The translations under genes and the position numbers were made by a program. A model generated the notes under the pieces. It ran no database searches and was not told the DNA's origin. It saw nothing but the letters and a program-made list of their open reading frames with translations. Below, in pieces: positions 55,436 to 64,000 of a stretch of 64,000 bases of DNA. Each line of letters starts with the position of its first letter. Within the stretch, counting starts at the first letter, position 1. Source of the DNA: the human T2T-CHM13v2.0 reference genome, Homo sapiens; the NCBI RefSeq assembly GCF_009914755.1, contig NC_060927.1; one strand, given 5' to 3'.

Positions 55436-56944
55436 CATGTAATTTTTTATTTTTGTGGCCTCCTATTTGTTTCTCTTCACTCAAATTCCAGACTCTCCAT
55501 CCAGTCTAAACAAAATGGTTTGATAAAGTATAAAAATACTTCTCCTTATAATATTTTTCAAAGTTATTTATCCCTAATCTGTTTCTCCAAAGCCAAAACT
55601 AATGTGGCAAGTTCACAGACAATGGGAAAAAAAAACAAAAACAAATATTTCAGTGTATGACATTAAATGTTTACTTACATAGTTTTATTAAAAGAAAAAA
55701 ATTACTTGCCAATACTTTAAAATTTTGATTTCCAGCTTCTCCTAAAAATTTTAAAACTTGGAATTCAGAAGATTTTCTTTCCTTCATCTCAAAAACTAGT
55801 GCTGAGTTCGCACTGATCATCTAAGAAGAAACTCATTTTCCCTATTTTGTTTTCAGCATTTCTGAAAACTGTGGACTTTCAGTTGCCTTTCATCAGTGAT
55901 CTTTCACTCCAGTTTGCTCTTCACAGGACCTGCCTCGGATCTAATATGCATTTGGTTTTGCATCTAGGGCAAAAGGCTTAAGCTTTTGGAAACAGACACA
56001 GAGATTCTGGGAGGCTTTTTTTGTTTTTCTTTTTTCCTATCTTGTCATATCTCTTCCTGGGGGCAATGAGCACAGATCAATTAGTTGCTTCTGGGAGACC
56101 AAGGAAAAGAAGGCATATTGGAGGAAAGGACATCAATTGATATCTCAAAAATATTATTTCAAATTACATTATGAAGTATTATAATCATAACATTAATGTA
56201 AACAGTTTATCACATCTCTCAATATGTATATAATGCATTAGATTTAGTGCATTAGATGATTTTAAAGAGCCATCCATGAAACTCAACACCTTTTGAAATT
56301 TAATTTTAATGATGACTCGAATATAATTAATTTGAAGTAAAACCAGATGACTTAAAACATGAACATAAAATTTGAAATAGACAACTTACTTGAAAGTCTT
56401 TTGCAAGAGATGCAGAGTTCCAGCTATTATGTCATACTAGCTAAAGCTGCATTAAAATGAAACCAGAACTGTTTGTTTGTCTTTCAAAGGACCAGATCTA
56501 GTGTGTAAAAAGTTGACTTCCTTGCAGGTGGATACCATAAACATGTTGAGGTTATGCTAATGCCTCATAGACTGCTATATGCATAGTAGCACCTTGATAT
56601 AATTGGGGAAAGAATGACCACATGCTAAATGAAGGACGTAAACAGGGACACATTACAAGCTTTCCATTCTTTTTTCATTAAATAGCAATATGACACATAT
56701 TAAATTAAAAATGTGCCTTAAATATATTAATTATCTTTAAAAACAGTATCCATATTATTCAGCCATAAAGTAGAAACTCTTAGACTTATAAAAAGGTTCA
56801 TATACATTTAATAGTAGGTGATGGATTTCTAAACATGTTTCCAGACTGAGTCATGCATGCTTCCTTACCTGTCTCTGCATCAGATAGCCTGCTTAGCAGA
56901 GAGTTTCTTTACATCATATTCTTATTATATTTCTTTCTTCTAGA

Positions 56945-57075
56945 TGTTAATATTCCAATTTTACCTATAAGGAAATTGAGCCATGGTGGTTGAGAGCATG
57001 ACACTAAATCAAAGTAAGTAGCAGAAGTAGGAATTGAACTAGGATTTGTCCATGAGACTATACAGTGTGGTTGAT
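56945..57075 (-). mobile_element. MIR fragment
   Basis: 'ccaattttacctataaggaaattgagcc...aggaattgaactaggatttgtc'. Confidence 0.65.
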
Positions 57076-58703
57076 AATCACATGATTTGAATTTGAAGTG
57101 CTGTGTTTCTGTCCTGTGCACTTTTCTGTGCCTCACCTGTTCTTCATGTAGTTGTGTCATAGAATAAAATGTTTTCTTCTTCAACTTCTTCTGCTTTCTT
57201 TTCCTCATGCTTAGAGAAAACAGAATTCATGTTCTGATAATATAGGAAAGATAGAGACTGTTTTTTAATAGCAAGCAGCCTATCAAAATTATGCAAAAGT
57301 ATAGGTGGACAGACTGATCTCTGACCTAGCTTACCTCCTTCACTTTTTAAATGAGGAAACTAAGTCCCAGAAAGGGCATGTGCTAGTTCAATTTAATTTA
57401 ATATTGTTTGCTTATAACTCTTCCAAATATTATTTAGACAGTTCATAGAAAGGGCAAATATGGCAATATAGATAAAATGGGAAACTTAGATTAAATAAAT
57501 AAAGTGAAATGACTGAAGCATTGACTAACACATCCCATTGCATTAACATAAATCCAAGTAGATAATTATAATAGTGTATGAAAAATGCAGTAAAAATATG
57601 TGTACAGTAAAGTGGTGAATCTGAGGAAATGTTTAATTCTGTATGGGGCAATCAAGAATTCTCTGAAAGGAAAGCTGTCATGAACAGGCATTAGAGTGTC
57701 GCCATATGATTCTCTCATGGGTCTCTGACTTGTGTAAAGTAAGCATGTGTAAAAGATTTTATTCAAATTACTAATTAATGAGGAAACCAGTAAAATAGTC
57801 ATGCTATCTCCAAGGACATTCAAAAAGCAGAGTTTTATATAGACCATCACAAAAGACATTCTTATTTATTTTTTAAAAATGTCAAGATAAGATCATGAAT
57901 GTAGATACAAAGTTAGAGATCCACTTTCCAAATCGTGGTATGAGATCTTCACGTTCACTTGCTCCACAACAAAACCATCACAGCTTGTAGAAATTATTTT
58001 TGAAAAATAACAACTATTTAAATTTCAGTAAGATCAGTGAAAATCTGTGATACTTGAGTCATTATCCAATCCTTTCCCTGCCCCTCTCCCTACACACAGC
58101 TCAATGAGAGTGAAGTTCTATCCTAGGCGAGTAACTACACTCAGTTCCCAGTCAGGGGCTACAGTATCTCCCTGGGAGAAGCAAGTTACCAGTATTTCAT
58201 ATAAATTCCTCTCCCCAGCCCCCTGCAGCTTGGCTTTGCAAAGCTAAATTTCAGGTGAGTAAGGCTGATATTGGGGTCTCTCTTCATTTTCCCAGCCCTC
58301 ACTCATAGGTGGAAGTTTGATGCCAGGAATGGTAGGCAGGGAATACTGTGGCCTCAATCACCTACACCCTAGCAAACTCACAAGGTTCCCAAACTCACAA
58401 GGTTCCACACCAGGAAAGGGAAGCCAAAACAACCAGAGTCTACTTTCCCTGTCCAGCACCCTGCTCATAAATGAGAAGCATCATGCCAGGAGAAGTGTGC
58501 CACTGGCCTTGCCCACTGCTCCGGATCCCCAGTTCAGAGATTATACACAGGAAAGACAAACCATAGGAATGGGGAGATCCAAAAATCTCCCTCCCACCAA
58601 CAAAATGACTTTATTCAGAACAGGGTATAGGAAAGTTTAGAACTAAAAGTCCTCTTGAATCAATGGAGATTCTGGTGGTTTGCAATGAAAAGAAGGCTAG
58701 TAG

Positions 58704-59266
58704 TGTAACTGAGTCCCCAGATTTTTCTAAGAGATAGTTTATTTTCCTCTTTCTTCTTTCTTTTCTCTTTCATCCTTTTTTCCACTCCCACTTAGCTCTT
58801 TAGAAATGCAATTATAGCCTTCTACTTCCTTTTCACCAGACACTCTCTACAGGGCAAGTTCATCTGACTATGTGTTTAGAAGTTCCAGCGCTAAACTCTT
58901 ACACACCAGGAGGTTGCCTTGAGAGATAGTCAATTTACAGCCCAAAGTTACCTGCTAGAGAGTTCTTTGGCTGCCTTTACAGTGTATCTCTGCCCATGAA
59001 GCCACCAACCCAACTGCTTGGTAAATAAGGCACTAAAGCAAGTATGCAGGCTCCACACCTGCTCACTTCTGCCTCTGTGTAGTCCCCCCACTTTAAAAGT
59101 GCCCACATTCTGCTTCAAAAACAAAGCAGTATCCTTAAGGCAGAAAGCCTCTACTTCTTCCCCTAAGCAAGCTTTGAATGAAAAAGTCACTTTCTTTATA
59201 CCAGACCTTGCTCTTGTTAATTGGACTCTGCAATTGGTGAGGTACTGAACCTGTGCTTTGGTTGCA
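58704..59266 (+). mobile_element. ERV1 solo LTR (LTR24-like)
   Basis: tgtaactgagtcccc...ggttgca termini; 'tttagaaatgcaattatagcc'. Confidence 0.6.
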
Positions 59267-59371
59267 TGAGAAGAAGAAAAACTATACATCAGCTAGTTTA
59301 CCAAAGAGAAGCAGGAAAATGAATGGCTAAGAAGGTCTTCGTGGGGTCAGAACAAACCTCAAAACTGGCCT

Positions 59372-60774
59372 TGTTAACAGTGGGTAGCTTATCAACCATG
59401 AGTGGGCAGGAGAGGGCCTCCCCTCCATCCCCCCATATCCCCCCACCCCCCACCACCAGGAATGTCAGATGACCATCAGGTGATGGGCAGGTGGTTGTTA
59501 CACTGTTTCTCTAAAATAATAATGGGTCGTAGCTGGTGCCAGGAAACAGCAGTCCTCCAACAGAAAAAACCCAAGACTGGTGATCAGAAACTTCCTGTTA
59601 AGATCTCAGGAGTTGGGCGAGTGGGCTCAAGCATGCATATTAAGAGGCAAAATGGCAGAGTTTACCTGGTGTATGACCTTCTAGGAACACTCGACTGGTA
59701 AGGGAAGAATACCCCAAGCATGCATACCTACAACTCCAGTAAACACACTGTGTGTGCAGCCCCTCCCAAGTGCCAGCAGGCCACTGCGCATGCAGATGGC
59801 CCACCCTAAGGGAAGAATCAGGGGAGAAGTAATGCAAGACCCCAGAAGCATGCTGGCATATAGAACCCCAAGTCAAAAGGTCAAACCATGCACTTAATCT
59901 CTCAAGTTGCCCTCTTGGCCCTCTTCCAATTGTACTTTACTTCCTTTCATTCCTGCTCTTGTAACTGCCCAAGGGGTTTACCTAGCCTGCCTTCTGGACA
60001 GAGCTGATTCATCAAGATAAGGGAATTGCAATAGAGTAATTCACACAGAGGCGGCTGTACAGGAGACTGGAGTTTTATTATTACTCAAATCAGTCTCCCT
60101 GAGCATTCCGGGAGCAGAGTTTTTAAGGATAACTTGGTGTGTGGGGGTAAGCCAGTGAGCCAGGAGTGCTGATTGGTCAGGACGAAATCACAGGGAGTCA
60201 AAGCTGTCTTCCTGAGCTGAATCAGTTCCTGGCTTGAGAGGCCACAAGATCAAATGAGCCAGTTCATTGATCTGGGTGGCGTGGCGCCAGCTGATCCATC
60301 AAGTGCAGGCTCTGCAAAATATTTCAAGCACTAATCGTAGCAGCAGTTTAGGGAGGCTCAGAATCTTGTGGCCTCCCGCTACATGACTGCTAAACTGTAA
60401 TTTTTAATCTTGTGGCTATTGTTAATCTAGTCTCCAGGCAAGGAGGAGGTCTGCTTTGTGAAAGGGCTGTTACTATCTTTGTTTAAACTATAAATTACAA
60501 ACTAAGTTTCTTCCAAAATTAGTTCAGCCTATACCCAGGAATGAACAAGGACAGCGTGGAAGTTGGAAGCAAGATGGAGTCGGTTAAGTTGGATCTCTTT
60601 CACTATCTCAGTCATAATTTTGCAAAGGTACTTTCACTCTAAAGCTTTTTAATAAGCTTTCACCTTGGCTCTAAAACTTGCCTTGGTCTCTCTCTCTTTC
60701 CCTCAGTCTAATTCTTTCTGAGGAGGTAAGAATTGAGGTTGCTGCAGACCCATATGGATTCACCACCACTAACA
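59372..60774 (+). mobile_element. MER50 LTR (ERV1), split by LTR8
   Basis: 'caccaggaatgtcagatgaccatcaggtgatgg...ctctaaaataataat'; ends ...ccactaaca; TSD gcct/gctt. Confidence 0.85.
59960..60636 (-). mobile_element. LTR8 (ERV1) solo LTR
   Basis: tgtaactgccc...gtcataattttgcaaaggtactttca; perfect 4-bp TSD ctct (59956-59959, 60637-60640). Confidence 0.88.
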
Positions 60775-61372
60775 GCTTCAAAATCTTTCCCTACAAAATG
60801 ACTCATATTTAACGGATCAGAATGTGGAGCAATTTTTACTTTAGGTTTTTGTTGAAGACAATAGAATGATCAGCTGATATTAGTGGGACCTAGCAGCAGG
60901 ATGTGATACTAACAGAAGTCTGAGCAGAGCAAGCAGGTAGACAGACAGTCAAAGAAAAGCCCTGTTAAAACCACAGTCATCCTAGGGTGACTGTATTCAT
61001 GCCTAAGGCAGCACCTTCTTAGAAGTGACACCAGAAGCTTCACATTGTAGGGAAAATAGATTTCACTAAGTTATTTTGGCCAAGTTACTAAAAAAATAAG
61101 CAAGTTCATGTGAGGGGAAAAAATTTAGTACCCAGAGTTGCTACAACATATACTCTCAAATGTCTAGTTTTTAACAATAACAACAAAAATACGAGACCCG
61201 CAAGGGAGCAGGAGTATGACTCATACACAGGGGGAAATACCAGTAAAAAAAGGCCAAATGTTGAAGTAAACACTCAAAAACTTCAAAACACCAATGGTAA
61301 ATATGTTCAAGAAAGGAAAGGGAATCATGCTTTACAAAAGTAAAGGAAGTTTTGGTTTTGAGGGTTTTTTTT

Positions 61373-62518
61373 CAAGATGGCAGATTGGAGGCAGTGTTAG
61401 CATGCCTCTCCCACTGGGACGCACAGAATAGTGGGTACAGATTCACACTGAGAAATTTTTCCCCTAGAACCACCACAGGAACATAGAAGGAAAACCAAAA
61501 GAATCCACAGACCCTCTGAAAGAAGCGACAGGCTACAGCCTCCTCCATGAGACAGGCAGAACACTGTACATTCCCAGAGTGTGAGAGGTGGAGAGTCTGC
61601 CTCCAAGCACACATCCCTATCAAGTAATCTGAAAATCCAGATCATGGTAGAAGGCCTTAACCCTACCCAGAGCTGGAGTGGATTCAGGAAGTGGTGTGAA
61701 ATATACGAGTAGAAGCAGCAGCGGGAAGTGCATTGTAGGCATTTTCAGTGTCCAGAGTGAACGGAGGAAAGCCATTCCTGACTATGCCTCACAGGGGCCC
61801 TTGGGGAAGTCAGTCAATGAGTTCAGGGAGGGGTCACAGGGTGAAAGAAGCTCCCAGATGAATTTTGTGATATAATCTTGAGTGGGGACAAACTCCCTTG
61901 AACAAAACCAGGCGGATGAATGGGAAATGTGCTGCAGACACAAGCACAGAGCCGGGCACCTGGCCTCACAAGCAGACAGGGAGAGGCGTGGTCTGAGAGC
62001 CCTGATTGCTGTCTCTTCAGGGAAGTTTATGGCCTGGGCAGGTCTGAGTTCTGTGTGCAGACTGCCAGAATCTAAACTCATTGTTGTTGGTGGAGGACTG
62101 TGGGAGCAAGACCGGCCTCACCAACTGCATGGGAGCTGGATGAGGCTTACTGCTGCCTGCTACTCTCTACTCCTTTTGCTAACTTTTCTGTACAGCAGAT
62201 ACAGTTATATGTCCTTCTGGAACATTACCCCAGTGGCCTGAGAACCAGCCCCTATCTCCAACAGGAGCTGCACTCTGTCTTGCCCAAGGAGAATCTGAGT
62301 TCAGACCAACCTAAACCTGCCCCTACCTGGTGATATTTCTTCACCCACCCTGGTATCTTAACACAAAGGACATAAACTTTTGGGAGCTTTATGTTCTCAC
62401 CCATTGCATGAGTAACCAGAATACTTCCCCTGGACAGCTTAGAGCAAGTTTAAAATCCCACTGCTACTACCACAACTGGTGCTCTCTTGAAAGCGCCACC
62501 TCCTGGCTGGAGGCCAAC
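61373..62518 (+). mobile_element. L1PB(a)-type 5'UTR
   Basis: 'caagatggcagattggaggcag...ctcccact...agaaccaccacaggaacata'. Confidence 0.75.
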
Positions 62519-64000
62519 TGTATTGATTCATTCTTATGTTGCTATAAAGAACTGCCCAACACTGGGTGGTTTAATTAAATCACAGTTCTGCAGGGCTGGG
62601 GAGGCCTCAGGAAACTTACAATTAGGGCAGAAAGAGAAACCAACACATCCTTTTAACATGGTGGCAGGAAGGAGAAGAATGACTGCCCAACAAAGTGGGA
62701 AACTCCTTATAAAACCATCAGATCTCATGAGAATGCACTCACTATCACAAGAACAGGATGGGGGAAACTGCCCACATGATTCAATTATCTATACCTGGTC
62801 CCTCCGTGACACATGGGATTATGGGAACCACAATTCAAGATGAGATTTCCGTGGGGACACAGCCAAACCATATTATTTCACTCATGGCTCCTCCCAAATC
62901 TCATGTCCTCACATTTCAGAACACAATCATGCCCTTCCAACAGTCCCCCAAACTCTTAACTCATTTCAGCATTAACACAAAATTCCAAGTCCAAAGTCTC
63001 ATCTGAGACAAAGTAAGTCCCTTCCATCTATGAGCCTGTAAAATCAAAAGCAAGTAAGTTACCTCCTAGATACAATGGGGGTACAGCCATTGGGTAAATT
63101 CACCCATTCCAAATGGGAGAAACTGGCCAAAGCAAAGTGGCTACAGGCCCCATGCAACTCTGAAAGCCAATAGGGCAGTCATTAAAGCTTAAAGTTCCAA
63201 AATGATCTCCTTTGACTCCATGTCTCACATTCAGGTCATACTGATGCCAGAGGTGGGTTCCCACAGCCTAGGGCAGCTTTGCCCTTGTGACTTTGCAGTG
63301 TACAGACTCCCTCCCTCCTGGCTTTTACAGGTGCATGATGCAGGCTGTCAGTGGATCAACCATTTTGGGATCTGGAGGATAGTGGCTTTCTTCTCACAGC
63401 TCCACTAGGAAGTGCCCCAGGGGAGACTCTGTGTGGAGGCTTCAACTCACATTTTTCTTCTGCACTGCCCTAGCAGAGGGGTTCTCTATGAGAGCTCTGC
63501 CCCTCTAGCAAACTTCTGCCTGGACATCCAGGTGTATCCAAGTAGCCTCTGACATCTATGCAGAGGTTCCCAAACCTTGATTCTTGTCTTCTGTGCATCT
63601 GCAGGCTAACACCACATGTAAGTTGCCAAGACTTGAGGCTTGCACCCTCTGATGCAAAGGCCTGAAATGTATGTTGGCTTCTTTTAGCCATGGCTGGAGC
63701 TGAAGCAGCTAGAACACATGATGCCACGTCCTGAGGCTGCATAGAGCAGGTGACCCTGGGCCCAGCCCACAAAATCATTTTTTCCTGCTAGGCCTCTGGC
63801 CTCTAATGGGAGGGGTGGCTGTGAAGGTCTTTGACATGCCCTGGAGACATCATTGTCTTTGTGATTAACATTTTGCTCCTCGTTACTTATACAAACTTCT
63901 GCAGTTGGCTTGAATTTATCTTCAGAAAATGGGTTTTTCTTTTCTATCACATCGTGAAGCTGCAAATTTTCCAAACTTTTATGGTCTGCTTCCTTTTGAA
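62519..64000 (-). mobile_element. THE1D-like element: 3'LTR (62519-62875) plus internal region running off the window
   Basis: tgtatt...cagccaaaccatatta, then reverse-complement homology to the THE1 internal region at 32.9-34.1 kb. Confidence 0.92.

Larger units (their letters stand above)
57915..61345 (+). mobile_element. Old L1M 5'UTR/ORF1-start region hosting three LTRs
   Basis: Host sequence rejoins across the LTRs ('aaactggcct'...'gcttcaaaatc'); ORF1-proximal 'aaatgtctagtttttaacaa...aaatatgttcaagaaa'. Confidence 0.55.

Noticed and set aside
55100-55660. Longest ORF in the window (186 aa) as a protein-coding gene
   Set aside because: No recognisable domain; its 3' third is AT-rich and non-coding-like; compatible with chance. 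BLASTP, PhyloCSF and Ribo-seq would be decisive
58373-58406. Perfect 17-bp tandem duplication caaactcacaaggttcc (similar 25-bp-period one at ~19703-19750)
   Set aside because: Ordinary slippage duplications inside old L1 sequence

Overview
AT-rich, gene-poor primate genomic DNA. Alu J/S/Y, THE1A-D and MER50/LTR8 indicate a simian, and an AluY-type copy suggests human or another catarrhine. Well over half the window is decayed transposable elements, often nested: old L1M, L1MA, L1PB, L2, MIR, MaLR/ERV LTRs, one complete THE1A element, MER2 and seven Alus. I found no intact protein-coding gene, RNA gene, CRISPR array or CpG island. Every ORF I recognise is a broken L1 ORF1/ORF2 piece; the rest are Alu, LTR or microsatellite read-throughs or unassigned chance ORFs. 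I cannot support a new biological system here. The best leads are (i) a 155-bp array of five identical 31-bp self-palindromic AT-rich units, PATRR-like, at 1261-1415, (ii) an apparently non-repeat ETS/GATA/MEIS/RUNX/EBF motif cluster at 55.2-55.45 kb next to a consensus minus-strand splice donor, and (iii) several unusual insertion or rearrangement footprints. Repeat subfamily calls come from recalled consensus sequences, and boundaries without TSDs are approximate.
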